A DNA stretch of 64,000 nt from Anolis carolinensis (GCF_035594765.1 NC_085842.1:263113749-263177748); one strand, 5' to 3'; shown: positions 23,033 through 37,050, counted from the stretch's first letter. Translations and numbers: made by a program. Notes: generated by a model not told the origin, from the letters alone.

Positions 23033-26000
23033 TCCCCCTCGATGGATTGTCACCTTGCCGTGGTGAGGGGGCTTGCGTGTTCCGATGAACCTGTGGGCAC
23101 AACCACTGGAGTGATGCACTCCCAGGAGTAGCCGCAGGGGAGGTTCCAGACCAAGCACAATCCGAAGACCCAAAGACCTCAACGGCGGAGCAGGCGGAGG
23201 ATAACATGGTACATGTTACAACGGCTGTGAAGGCGGAAGAAGGCTGCAACAGACTGAGAAGCCACTCTCGTTGTGTTAACCACACCACTGCTGGAACCTC
23301 ACTCTGTGAAGACTGTGTGTTGACCGGCCATGCACCGACCTCCACACATTAAAAAAAATCACGCACAGGCGTCTTCCAACAAAAATAAAAACAAACCTAC
23401 AAAAGTCCCATGGTGATCAGCGAGTGGCGACGGGGGCAGGACTGTGAAATCTGGAAGCCCCTAGTCACAGGCTGGCACATGGGCGGTGGATATGGACTCA
23501 GTCGTTCTACCTCAAGGACCGAGGCAGTTGAGTAGTCCGGCAGCTGTATCCATGACTGAGCAGCCCTTTTTAGGATCCGCTCTGCTCACCCCACACGGGG
23601 AAGGGGCTAGAAAAGGTGCCCTAAACATAGTCTGCCTCTCCTACCCTGACTGGACTGCCGCGTCCAGAGGGGTCACCACTCTGCGGCCAAAAAAGAAAAA
23701 TGAACTTTGGAACATGGAACATACGGACATTGTTAGATAACACTGACAGCGAACGCCCCGAACGCAGGACTGCTCTCATTGCAAGGGAGCTGGGACGCTT
23801 TAAGATCGACATAGCAGCCCTTCAGGAGACCCGGAGAGCAGGAGAGGGACAGAGGAAGGAAAAAAAGGGAGGCTACACCTTCTTCTGGAAGGGACTGCCT
23901 GAAGAAGAGCGAAGAATACACGGAGTTGGCTTTGCGATCAGAAACGACCTGGTGAAGCACCTGACTGAAGCACCCACTGGCATCAACGAACGACTTTCAA
24001 CCCTCCGAATTAACCTTGCCAAAAACCAACAGGCAACCATCATATGCGCCTATGCACCAACTCTAGATGCTGACGAAGACATCAAGGAAAATTTTTACTG
24101 TCAGCTGGATACCATCCTATCGGAGATACCTAAGGAGGACAAAATCATCCTCCTGGGGGACTTTAATGCAAGAGTCGGAAGGGACTCTGACCTGTGGCCA
24201 GGGATCATAGGAAAAGACGAGGTCGGAAACAGCAACTCGAATGGCATCTTGCTTCTCACCAAATGCGGAGAGCACAACCTTGTCATCACCAATACGCTCT
24301 TCCGCCAGAAAAACAAGCTCAAGACATCATGGAAGCACCCTCGGTCAAAGCATTGGCACCTCCTGGACTATGTTATCACACGTGCCAGAGACCGCCGCGA
24401 TGTGCTTCTCACAAGAGCCATGACAGGTACTGATGACTGCTGGACAGACCACAGGCTAATCCGATCCACGATGGCTATCAAGATCGTCCCCAAACGCAGA
24501 CTCCAAGGAAGAAAAACAAGGTGCAAAATGAACACCCAAGCCCTTCAGGAGCCCTCCAAATGAGCCCTTCTCCAAACAACACTCAAAGATCATCTACCCA
24601 CAGAACACCCCGAAAATGTTGAGGAACATTGGAACAAACTGAAGACCTCCATCATCACAGCCTGCGAAGAAAGCATTGGATACCTAACTAAGAAACATCA
24701 AGACTGGTTTGATGATAACGACAAAGAGATCCAACAGCTGATTGATAACAAAAGGAAAGCCTTCCAAACATGGCAGAGAGACACCAACTGTGCTGCCAAG
24801 AAAAAGATCTATGCCAGTGCAAAAGCTGAGGTCCAAAGAAGGACCAGAGAACTCAAGAACATCTGGTGGACAAAGAAGGCTGAAGAAATCCAACACCTTG
24901 CAGATACCCATGACGCTCAGGGATTTTTCAAAGCCACAAAGATCATTTACGGACCAAGAAACCATGGCATACAGCCCCTATGCTCATCAGATGGAACCAA
25001 AATTCTGAAGGACAAAACATCAATTGCACTACGTTGGAAAGAGCACTACCAGAACCTGCTGAATCGCAGCTCCAGTGTGGCCGAAGAGACCCTCTCACAA
25101 ATCCAGCAACAACAAACCAGGGATGAGCTTGCAGCACTGCCTAGTTTGGAAGAAGTCAGCAATGCCATCAGCCAACAAAAAAACAACAAAGCCAGCGGAC
25201 CTGATGGGATTCCTGCTGAAATCTTCAAAGAGGGTGGACCTGAGCTGATACAACAACTCCACCAGCTCATTAAAAAGGTGTGGATGACCGAGAAAATCCC
25301 AGCTGACTTCAAGGATGCCACCATCATCACCCTTTTCAAGAAAGGGGACAGAACAGACTGCGGGAACTATCGTGGTATCTCCCTTCTAACCTCGGCCGGG
25401 AAAATCCTTGCAAGAATCCTTGCAAACCGCCTTCTCCCTGTCTCAGAAGACACCCTCCCAGAATCCCAGAATGGCTTCCGTCCCTCCAGAGGAACAGTGG
25501 ACATGATCTTCACTGCTCGACAGCTCCAAGAAAAATGCAGGGAACAAAACCAACCTTTCATTGACCTTGCAAAGGCATTCGACACAGTGAATCACAGCGC
25601 TCTCTGGACCATCCTCCAAAAAATCGGGTGCCCTGACAAATTTGTGAATATCCTGCGGCTCCTCCATGATGACATGATGGCAACAGTCTTGGACAGCAAC
25701 GGCTCCCAAAGTGACCCATTTAAGGCGGAATCAGGTGTCAAGCAGGGATGTGTTATTGCCCCCACCTTATTTTCCATCTTCATCGCTATGATACTTCACC
25801 TTGTTGATGGGAAGCTTCCCACCGGAGTGGAAATCATCTATCGGACAGATGGCAAGCTATTTAACCTCAACAGACTGAGAGCCAAAACCAAGGTCACCAC
25901 AAAATCTGTTATAGAACTCCAATATGCTGATGACAACGTAGTCTGTGTGCATTCAGAAGAAGACCTACAACCACTCTAAACACCTTCGCAGAAGCATACG

Positions 26001-26935
26001 AGAAGCTCGGCCTCTCACTGAACATCGAGAAAACCAAAGTGCTCTTCCAACAGGCACCAGCTAATCCCTCTGCAAAGCCAGGAATACAGCTTAACGGTGT
26101 AACATTAGAAAATGTTGACCATTTCCGCTACCTTGGTAGCCACCTCTCCACAAAAGTCAACATCGACACTGAAATACAACACTGCCTGAGCTCTGCGAGT
26201 GCAGCATTTTTCCGTATGAAGCAGAGAGTGTCTGATGACCGGGACATCCGTAGAGAGACCAAGGTGCTTGTTTATAAAGCCATTGTCCTCCCAACCCTGC
26301 TCTACGCCTGCGAAACGTGGATTGTGTACAGACGTCACACCAAACTCCTGGAGCGTTTCCATCAGCGTTGCCTCAGGAAAATCCTGCAAATCTCTTGGGA
26401 AGACAGGCGGACAAATGTCAGCGTCCTTGAGGAAGCAAAGACCACCAGCATTGAAGCGATGCTCTTACGCCATCAACTCCGCTGGACTGGCTACGTTGTC
26501 CGAATGCCCGATCACCGTCTCCCAAAGCAGCTCCCCTACTCCGAACTCAAGAATGGGAAACGGAATGTTGGTGGGCAGGAAAAGAGATTTAAAGATGGGC
26601 TCAAAGCCAACCTTAAAAACTGTGGCATAGACACTGAGAACTGGGAAGCCCTGGCCCTTGAGCGCTCTAATTGGAGGTCAGCTGTGACCAGCAGTGCTGC
26701 GGAGTTCGAAGAGGCACGAACGGAGGGCTTAAGGGAGAAACGTGCTAAGAGGAAGGAGCGTCAAGCTAACCCCGACCGGGACCGCCTTCCACCTGGAAAC
26801 CGATGTCCTCACTGCAGGAGAATATGCGGGTCAAGAATCGGTCTCTTCAGTCACCTAAGAACACACACCCAAGATACCAAGGTTGGAAGACTATCGTCCT
26901 CGAACGACGAGGGATCGCCTAAGTAAGTAAAGTAA
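23033..26935 (+). mobile_element. Full-length RTE-clade LINE, inactivated
   Basis: TSD GGATCGTAATTT at 23021-23032 and 26936-26947; ~670-nt 5' UTR; single APE-RT-C2H2 ORF; (TAAG)n tail. Confidence 0.97.
23700..26926 (+). pseudogene. RTE ORF (APE endonuclease, RT, C-terminal CCHH finger), disrupted
   Basis: GTWNIRTL, LQET, GDFNA, TDHR; FIDLAKAFD, YADD; CPHCRRICGSRIGLFSHLRTH. TGA at 24561-24563, short in-frame deletion before FIDL, frameshift near 25970. Confidence 0.95.
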
Positions 26936-28228
26936 GGATCGTAATTTACACCAATCACAGCAAATGTCCACTCTTTCTAACTTCTGTAAAATGTCTATAA
27001 AATGTCCATGCCTGTAATGTATTTATGTCAGGACTTTGAAAATATCCATGACATCTTGCCTTGGCCAACGATGCAATAAATTGACTTTTGATCCTGTTCA
27101 CAGTCTCTGATATTTTTACTGGAGCAGATTTAGATCTGGCATGCCAAGAAAGCGAAAGATTTCAGACATTAGCATTATCCTAATCTGCCTGCCACATTTA
27201 TTTGGATTTTTCCCATAAAATTTATAGTGGTAAGAGGTGTTCAAGAAGTTTAAATTCTCAAAAGTCCCAGCCAGGACTGCCAATGGGCATGGATATTGAC
27301 AACTGACATCTAAAAACCTGGGAGTACAAAGGTTGAACATTGCTAATTTAGGACACAATGGTCTCAACCATTCATGCTGTAGCACCATATCAGCAAGACG
27401 CCCGTGTTTCACCTTATTGGAATAAAGCTTCCATATTAGTTGGTCAATCCATTTCTATAAGAGACTGGTATGTTCAAAGTAAGCATGTTGCATTTGGAGT
27501 CCTATTGGATAGAACTGTGCTAATTATTAATTCTTTAATAAGTGCCAAGATTCTGAATTCGGTAGCCTTCAGCTATTTCCAAAAGCATGCAGCGATTATA
27601 TTTTTTCTGATGAAAGGATTGTGTAAGCAGCTAAATTCTGCATGAGCTGAAGAGACAGCACAGATGAAGATTCCATGCATCCATGGAGAATACTTCTTCA
27701 TTAAAGATTTGAGTGAGTGAATCTGCATTCTCATTTATATGCACAATGGCCTCAAAGGATGTTAACAAGTTAAATGGGGAGAAAACCAATCTTTATTTGC
27801 AAATGGTTCTTCGAATTTCCCATCTCCACCCCTCTATCACTGAAACCCTTAAGTGATATCCATCTGCTCTTAATGCCAAGTTAATCCAAATTTCATTTCT
27901 ATAATAATCGTACGTCACTGGAGCAGTCAGATGCGAAGCTCGATGTATAATTGAGTATTTAGGGCAAGTTTTCCACAAGGCCTCCTGTGAATACATTGAA
28001 ATTCCTATTTAATACCTCAGCAATTTTACTGATTTCTATAAATTGTTATCCTTCAATTGTACAAAGTGTGGCAAATCCTTTCCTGCTTTATACGTCTTAA
28101 TGATTCTTGCAGGAAACATTCAATGTCTGAGCATGAGCATTAATATGACCAGCATATTTATCTTATGTATGTATGTGTTTACAGAAGGTGACATCAACAT
28201 CTGTTTATACATCCTGTACTTTTATGTA

Positions 28229-28260
<32 letters not shown>

Positions 28261-28798
28261 CTATCTTTCTGTTTGACAGTTTTTCATGTATTTCATGAAT
28301 TAAAATGACTACAGCCAATCCATGACAAGCACCGTTTCAATGCAACAGATTTTTCTTTTAAAAAATGTAAGAAAAATAGCCCCACATTACTAATGATACT
28401 GGATAGGATAAAACTAATTGAAAATGTGCTTGTGCAAACAGGCACACAAGGGTTATTTCCCAGAAACCTGCATGGACATTGAGTGGGTGTAAAGCCCATT
28501 TATCAACTGAAATAAAGGTTTATGGGGAAATAGATATAAGACATACACACAAAAAAGGAGACAGAAAGACATAAGGCCACCTGCATGGTCACTATCTGCC
28601 TATCAGGCGCACTTGTGTCAGGCACTTAAAGATAACAATAGATCATAGATCCATTCATAAGTACAGTATTCAGTATTTTTTTTAAAAAAAAGATCATGCT
28701 TTTGAGGAATTACATCACAGAAACTTTTATTCTCACATATGAATTTGCCTGCCTTTTGAGTCGTCTTGTAGAGATAAAAAGCAGGGTATAAATAAACA

Positions 28799-28800
<2 letters not shown>

Positions 28801-28846
<46 letters not shown>

Positions 28847-28857
28847 CATTATTATTA
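28801..28857. repeat. (TTA)n microsatellite
   Basis: Direct reading. Confidence 0.95.
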
Positions 28858-29439
28858 ATGAATACTTCTATGATCTCCCTGTTCTGTTTTCTAAGAAGCA
28901 ATTATGTTTATTGGGGAAACTATGCTTTCAGAAAGTTCTGGGACTTCCTTACAAGTAAGAGCATCTCAGTTCTTCACTGATCATTTTCCGTAAGCTGATG
29001 AAAACCTTCCTTTCTAAGAAAACATTTCGTGAGGATTTTAATGTGCCATTTCAAAAACTATAGACAGATAATTTATTCAACCCATTTATGTTTGCTATCC
29101 ATTTTGTTTTTCTATTGCTATTTTTGTGTTTTATATTGTTGTGGTGTGCCTTCAAGTCATGTATGACTTAGGGAGACCCTAGAGTGACCTATCATAGGGT
29201 TTCCTGGGGCTGCAAGTGAGTGACTCATCCAAAGTTATCCAGTGGGTTTACTTGTTTGAGCAGGGAATTGAACTGTGATCTCCAGAATGACAGTTCAGTG
29301 TTCAAACCAATACACCATGGTGGCTCTCATTTTATATTATATAGGAACACATAAACCTTTTTGAGTGATAAGATGAGGTTTACACCTTTTTAAATAAATT
29401 GTAGCAAATATGGGTAGAGATGCAATGAACACCATAGAA

Positions 29440-29880
29440 CAGCAGTTCCCAAACTGTTCCATAGAATCTTAGGGTTCCACAAAGACATCATAGGAGTTAC
29501 ACAAAAAAACTGAAAAATAAAATTTTAAATGGACTTTAAAATAAAACCACACACAGGGTACTTCCCAGACACCAGCTTGGACATTGAGTGGGTGCAAAAC
29601 CCATTTGTCAACTTAAATGCAACTCACATATTGTCAGAGACAGAATATGAAGGTGTTATTGAAATTCAATGTACCTTTGCTTTAAAAATGGAATTTGAAT
29701 CTGTGCCACTGAATGACTTTTGGGTCAGACTGATACATGTTTACCCATCAATAGGGGTAAAGGCTCTCCAAGTTCCCCTTTGTGTCCAGCTATCGATGTA
29801 TTGGACTTTTCAGGTTATGTTTACACCAAAAACAAATATAGGAGTAAGTTGGATGCTGTCCCAGATTTATGTATTTTACT
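29440..29880 (+). mobile_element. Charlie-type hAT remnant with transposase C-terminal fragment
   Basis: YFP...EWVQNPF...LNDFWVRL...YPSIGVKAL; CAGCAGTTCCCAAACT-like end. A second short homologous fragment lies at ~28450-28510. Confidence 0.8.
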
Positions 29881-31001
29881 TTTGGGTCCTGGTCCTTAAC
29901 AATACTGAAACTAAAATCAGCTCTTGAGCTGAAAGTTTTTCCAATCCTGGGCATAACTAGGCTGGTTTAGGATGTATGTGTGTTTGTTACTTCAGGAGGA
30001 AGGAATTGGTAAATCACTTCTGAATAATCCTTGCCTAAAGAAAAAAAAATCTTATGAAATTTACCATAATGTTTACGATAGCACTGAATAATTTAAATTG
30101 ATTTCCTGCTTTCCCATGATAGCAATGGGGCTCCATTCCTCTGAGATTGAGAAGCATCTGCCTGATCCTTGTACACCCTCCTGTGTGCAATCTCCAATGC
30201 AACAGGTCAAAAAAGCAACTATTTTGCAAATTCCCATCACACCAGAGATCATTTATTGGAGGCATTGGATTGTAACATCAAGCAGCTGCTTCTTCATCAG
30301 CAGGAGAATGGAGCCCTGTTGAGCTCAGTGGTTGCTTACTAGTAAATGGGATTTGGGAGCTTAACTATGGGCTAGGATCATGAATACACAGCTATAGGTT
30401 ATGTATTCATAACTGCCCAACAGGATACTAGCAATGAATTTTAAATATTTGTAGTGCAATCACTTACTGCTCACACATAAGCTCAGTTGATTTCAATTGG
30501 ACTCATTTCTGCTGTTCACACAAAGTTGCAGTTTTATAGTGAGTGATTGGAAAAACAGATTGATTTCTGTGCTGCTCATATTCAAACTATTATTTACCAA
30601 TATGACATTGACATGGGAATTCCCTAAGTGTTCAAATGTCTTTTTATTGCAACAAAAGTGTTTCCCACTTCCTATAGCTTGTGAATCAGCTTATTTAGTT
30701 TTGTGCTGCTCAGTCAACAGTAGTTTGTAATTGTGTTTCTGGCATTTTTGTGTGTGTGTGTCAGGAGCAACCGGAGTTGCTTCTGGAGTGAGAGAATTGG
30801 CCTGCAAGGATGTTGCCCAGGGGACGCCCGGATGTTTTTTTGATGTTTTACCATCCTTGTGGGAGGCTTCTCTCATGTCCCTGCATGGAGCTGGAGATGA
30901 TAGAGGGAGCTCATCCGCGCTCTCCCCGCGTGGGATTTGAACCTGGCAGCCTTCAGGTCACCAACCCAACCTTCAAGTCACGAGGCTTTTATCCCCTAGG
31001 C

Positions 31002-31389
31002 CAGGGGTCCCCAAACTTTTTAAACAGGGGGCCAGTTCACAGTCCCTCAGACAGTTGGAGGGCCAGACTATAGTTGAAAAAAAACCTATAAACAAATTCC
31101 TATGCACACTGCACATCTCTTATTTTGAAGTAAAAAAAAACCAAATGGTAAGAAATGCAGCCTCAATGTTAATCATAATCATAATCATAATAAAAATAAT
31201 AAAGAGGGTTGGAAGATACACCTTGGGCCATCTTGTCCAACCCTTTTCTTCCTTTGTGCACCAAAAGCACAAGCAAAGCACCCCAGCCTCAATGTTGTTA
31301 ATCATCATCATCATCATCATTATCATCATACATCACACAGTCCTAAATGCCGGGGAAGTGTTCAACTTGTGATTTTGTGATACGAAATC

Positions 31390-31479
<90 letters not shown>

Positions 31480-31804
31480 TTTGCTGTGTTATACTGTGTA
31501 TTTGTGTCAATAATAATTATAATAATGATAAAAATAAAAAGGATTGGAAAAGACCCCTTGGACCATTTAGTTCAACCCCCTTTTGCCTTTGTGCACCAAA
31601 AGCACTGGCAAAGCACCCCTTAATAAATTATTAATTAAATAATAATTAAAATACCATTAGAAACATGCAAAGCTTTGGAAGGTATGCAACAAGTGAAGAA
31701 GGAGGCGGGAAAGGTGGAGGAGGAGGGAGCCACCGTCACGGGGGCCGGATAAATGGCTTTGATGGGCCGCATGTGGCCCCCGGGCCTTAGTTTGGGGACC
31801 CCTG
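31002..31804. mobile_element. Non-autonomous hAT element
   Basis: Perfect TIR CAGGGGTCCCCAAACT; 8-bp TSD CCCTAGGC at 30994-31001 and 31805-31812. Confidence 0.95.
31393..31477. repeat. (GT)n(AT)n compound microsatellite
   Basis: Direct reading. Confidence 0.95.
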
Positions 31805-33109
31805 CCCTAGGCCATTGGAGGCTCCATAAGAATGTGCTTTCAGCATCTAATGATGTGCTATCTGTAATGATCTGACCCTCAGCTAAATCAAAAGAAGGCA
31901 GATTTTCCCTTATACTGTATGCACGAGCATTGCATATACTAGTGAAAAGAAATCATATAGCTTTGCTTCTGTGAAGTGATGGAATTTTTTTGATTGGTTT
32001 ATAACAGGATTTAATTGTAGAAGACTATTCTCCATAAAAAATGCCCAGAGAAAATGTTGAGATGAATAAAATAAGTATCTACACCCAGGCAAAGAAAGTG
32101 TAGAAACAAAGCTGGAGGTTTATTTCAGCCCACCTTTCTCAAAAGATTGCTTGAGGGAAGGAAAATAAAGGATGTCAACCCGACAGAGCCAACCAAACAT
32201 TACGTAACTGCCAATTAAGGTAGATGTGTGTGGGGAGGTTTTCTCAACTTTTTAATGTCACTGAGCAATTTCTTCAGACTTCAGTCAAAAATCAGGTCTA
32301 ATCATCCATTAGATTATGCCCTACCACAGAAGACCTTTCCTCTGCAGAATAGGTCCAGAACCTTATAATAATCTTGACTCCTGTGAACAAAAGCTGGAAG
32401 CATGTTTTTAGAAGGAAAGAAATGTCAATTAAAGGCAACATCTGAGGTGTTTAAAATTATATGTCGTGTCATTTTGTGGTTCTCTTGCTCAGGTCCTGTT
32501 TATAAATAAAGGAGCAAAGTGTAATTAGGCTCCTGAAAGATTTGACATGGCTAAAAGGGACACTTTTTTTAAAGTTCACACATTCTTTAAAAGGTTCACA
32601 CTGTTCAAATGAATTCTTCCCTTCATGTTTAGATGTGTATCCAAGGTGATATTTGCCTCTGAAGGGGAATTTGGAATTACTGAGCACTTATTTCAGAATA
32701 AACAACTGACGTTTTTGAATTTTACATTCACAAGTATTTTACTCCAAATTATTAGATATACACTTGATCCTGATATTAAGCTAATTGTAACTTCTTGATG
32801 TTTGCCTTGGTTTTATCATTTTATGACATCTGCCAAATAATATCATCGCTGCAGTTGCTGAAAGGATAGTGTTCAACCTACAGCCCTCCAGGTGTTTCTG
32901 TCTCCAACTCCCAGAAGCCCTAGTCAGCTTATTCAATTATCAGGAATTCTGGGAGCTGAAGTCCAAAACACCTGGATAGCCACAGGTTGAAAAGTCCTGA
33001 TGTACAGATCTGTGCTCAGTTGTCCGATATATTGAGCCCCTGAACTATACGGAACAACATTCATTTGAGATAGGTTTCAAGAGACCCTTTTCTCTTGCAG
33101 GGTGATTAG

Positions 33110-35107
33110 TAGGCTTGTCCGATCGATGGAAAAAATGTTTCAATTCTTGTTTCTAAAGTAGGGGGTGCCGGCGCTTCGATATAGAAATTATTTCCGAATT
33201 TTTCACCCAAAAATTTCGGATATTTCCAAAAATTCATAATGATTCTTAATGTTTGTAAAAGGCGGACGCGCATGCGCAATCGCCAAAAAAAAAGGAAACC
33301 GGGGGGGACTTTTACAGGGCTCTCCCACCCTCATTTCTTGAGCTATCCTCATCAAATTTGGTACAGTGGGAGATCACATTCAACACTCTTTGCTCAACAA
33401 ATTGCAGAAAGTTTCCTGTCTCCTATGAATTTTGGCGAATTTTCATAACTTTTTATAATACACTATTTTTCAATATTTGAAGAAACCTGTTCCTGGTTTG
33501 AAAGTCTTATTTCCTGTTCAATTGGGTTCTTATCACTGTAAAAGTCCCTCTTCTACTTGTGTAGACTTTGGATTAGAAACGCAGCACATGCCAAGCAATG
33601 CCTTGGCAGGAGTGCCACTGTCCTTTGGAAACTGGCCTTTGAACCTTTTGATCAATGGTGCCACTGACTGACCTTGTGATTGCAAAAATGAAACTCTGGC
33701 TGAGGACTTTGGATTAGAAATGCAGCACACGCCAAGCAATGCCTTGACAGGATTGGCAATGTCCTTTGGAAACTATAAATTGCTGTGGACCCTCTATTGA
33801 ATCAAATCAATGTCTGACTTTGTGATTGCAGAAATAAAACTCAGCCCAAGGCTTGGGAATAGAAATGGAGCGCAAGGGAAGCAATGCCTTGGCAGGAGTG
33901 CCCACGTCCTTTGGAAACTATAAATTGCTGTGGACCCTCTATTGAATCAAATCAATGTCTGACTTTGTGATTGCAGAAATAAAACTCAGCCCAAGGCTTG
34001 GGAATAGAAATGGAGCGTGAGGGAAGCAATGCCTTGGCGGGTGCCCCACGTCCTTTGGAAACTATTTCTTCCAATGTACCCTTTTAGGTTTGAAAACAAT
34101 GTGTGTCTTTGTGATTGCTGCAATAACACTCAGCCCGGGGGTTTGGGATTACAAACGGAGCGGGAGGGAAGCAACGCACTTGCAGGAACGCAGACATCCT
34201 TTAGAAACTATAACTTCCAATGTCCCCCCCCCCCTTTCAGGATTGCTATGAAGGGCTGATCTAGAGGTTGCAAAAATCAAATAAAAGGCAGAGGGTCTCT
34301 GGAGTAGAAAAGGAGAGGACCCCAAGCACTGCACTTGCAGGAACGCAGACGTCCTTTGGAAACTATAACTTTCAATGTCCCCCCCCTTTCAGGATTGCAA
34401 AGAAGGGCTGATCTAGTGATTGCTAAATTCCAAAAAAAAAAAGGCAGAGGTTTAGAAATGGAGCATCAGGAAAGCAATGCCTTGGTGCCCATGTCCTTTT
34501 AAAAATAAAAATTGCCTAAAGCCACAGCAAGGACTCTGCCACATCCCACAAGCCCCAAGCCAATTTCTCAAAAAAACAAAAAAAAAACAAAAAACACAAT
34601 ATCGAACCAGCAACAACAGATACTCCACCCTCTATAGCCAGAACACTTAGCCCTCTCTCCCCAAGCAGCTTGATTCCCAGCGCGGCGCGATCCACCCTCT
34701 CTGCTCGGTATCCTAGCCCAGAATGGCTTGCCTGGGTTGGGGAGGGGTTTTTTATAGAGATCTTACCCGTGGACGCGGAGGACGCTAGCCCCCACCTTTT
34801 CCAGCCATCGTGGAAGTCTCTGATTGGCCAGGGAGCGGCATCCATTTTAGGCTGCGCTAGGCTCCCATTCAAGTTAGGTTGCAGAAACAAATTTTTTTTT
34901 AATTTTTTTTTTAAAAAAAATTAAAAAAAATTGGGGAGGAAAAAATTTAACAAAACATTAAGAAACAATTAGAGAATGGGCCAACGATGGTTCAAATTAC
35001 GTTGCCAGTTGCGCCCAGGGACAACGTTTCAATACTCGGTTCAAAAAGCAAGAACAATCCGAAATAATTCCAAAATAAGAATCATAACGAAATTTTGGAC
35101 AACCTTA
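33110..35107. mobile_element. 2-kb non-autonomous hAT-like element with internal ~145-bp tandem array
   Basis: 8-bp TSD GTGATTAG at 33102-33109 and 35108-35115; ends TAGGCTTGTCC/GGACAACCTTA; CpG-rich subtermini. Confidence 0.88.
33585..34500. repeat. Tandem repeat, about 7 diverged units of ~140-160 bp
   Basis: gcaatgccttgg...gtcctttggaaact recurs near 33595, 33736, 33881, 34026, 34171, 34330, 34474. Confidence 0.85.
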
Positions 35108-37050
35108 GTGATTAGCTTTCAGATTCAGAATCTAGATTATACAGAGCATCAGTTTGGGTACAGATGAACTAGGAAGTGAAGGACCACTCCATGCTGGGGT
35201 AACTCTGCTAACTTAGAGAAGCTATTGGTTCCTCTTAGATAGGAATACTTCCTGATTCAATTGAGCTGGCCCCAATAACGGTCTTTCTGAGAAGTGATGT
35301 AATTATACTGAATAACCACTGGTCAATATTTGTTCTTGACTTCTAGTATGTCATTTGATTTTGATGTATTTTCTGATTCTAGTTTCATTCCTTGGCTCTA
35401 ATGTCTTGGTTCAACTTTTGGATCTATATTCCTGATTGATCTGGTTTATGGCAGAGTCCTGCTACAGTGGTAATTTAAAATTAACAGAATTGTTATAAAG
35501 CTTATAAAGATATTTATGAAGACACTAGCAGGCATGGGCTCTTTTATATGATTCTTGAAATGGTGACTAAGGAGTGATGTGTAATGAAATTATTCTCCAG
35601 TGTATGAAGAGAAGAAAACTAAATAAGTTGATTTTAGTTGGATTTGGGTTGGTTTTCAATGTTCTTTGCAAAACAAAACAAAACAAAAAAAAACCAACCC
35701 CAACAACAGAACACAGCTGATGGCAAACAAAGCATGTCAAACTGCAGCAGTTCATGCTGGTTAATAATGCATGCAAATTACTTAAAACATCAAAACATGT
35801 CCATAGTAGAACGTGTCCTCTGAAAATTAGTTGGTGAAAGTACGGCTGTACCCTAGCTATATGAAACAGGCATGCTGACAGCTATTGTTATTATTTCTTA
35901 ATTGATATTAATTGGTTCCTGTGTACATTATGGGGGTGGGAGAGAGAAGATGGTAGACAAATAAAGGATGAGATGCAAAGGAAATTAGAACAGACACAGT
36001 ATGAAAGTATCACATACAGTACTGCTAATAACATGTAATGTAAGGTTCTTCATTTTTCATGTCACCATACCATGATCTTGTCTTGACCAGATTTTGCATT
36101 TGAATGCTTCCCAATTATGCAGTCTGTTTCAATTAGGTGCAGGAGTTTGATTTTAAGGTTTGCAGTGGAACATTTGCCTACTATCCTTCCATCCATCTAT
36201 TTTCTGACATTTGTACATTGATCCCATTATTGTTCAAAATAGCCGACCACATTGAAGTATATATAGATGTTCTTTGAAAGTGGTCTCTCTCCATTCAATC
36301 AGAATCCTGAAGAGGTGCATGATTGCACATAGTTGTACATGCAAAGGCTTTGTTGATACTCTCAGATCAACACATAGAAGTTGGGAACTTCCCATTCACT
36401 GCATTGATTATCCATGATTTCAGTCTGAAACTGAATAAGTCATCAGTCTGTTTAAATCTAAATAATTTTCTGCTGAAGCTTGATTTTAAATTTTACTGTT
36501 CTTAGGAAAGCAAATCTGACTTGAATGATTAGCCCTTAACAGAATGATGCGACAATCCAATATACATTTTTTCTTTGAGTGTAAGGTACATTTTTAGTAA
36601 ATACCCTGTTTCCCTGAAAATAAGACATATTTTGCTCTGTTAATTTTTATACATGTGTAGTAGGGCTGTGCAAAACTATTGTTAGTCCTTGTAAGTTGGA
36701 CCAAATTAGTTAAATTTGTACTTATGATGTGATATCCAACATGTGGTCATGGCCCCTGTCAAAAACCTAAGAATGGAAACTTACCAATACTTTTTTTTTG
36801 CGTTTTGTAAACCTTGGAAGCCTCCCAAAGTCAGTTTCATTTTCTGCACAAGCAAGCAAAGCAAAGCCAAAATGGTCGCAATTCCACTTTAAATTAATGG
36901 CCTCTCACCATTAGGAGATGGTAGCAGCAGGGAGAAGCAGAGTTCACTGAGAAAGAGACTGAAAAAGCACAGATTTCTGGGAAATGTAGTTTGGGAAGGT
37001 GAGGAGTCCTATGCCAGAGAATTCAAAAGGCTCTGTCCTAAACTACATTT

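Larger units (their letters stand above)
30761..31825 (-). mobile_element. Anolis-type tRNA SINE split by a hAT insertion
   Basis: 30761-31001 plus 31813-31825 equal the reverse complement of the SINE at 40918-41203. Confidence 0.85.

Noticed and set aside
33585-34500. Regularly spaced repeats as a CRISPR-like array
   Set aside because: Whole units are homologous (no unique spacers), they lie inside a hAT element, and the context is eukaryotic with no cas genes.
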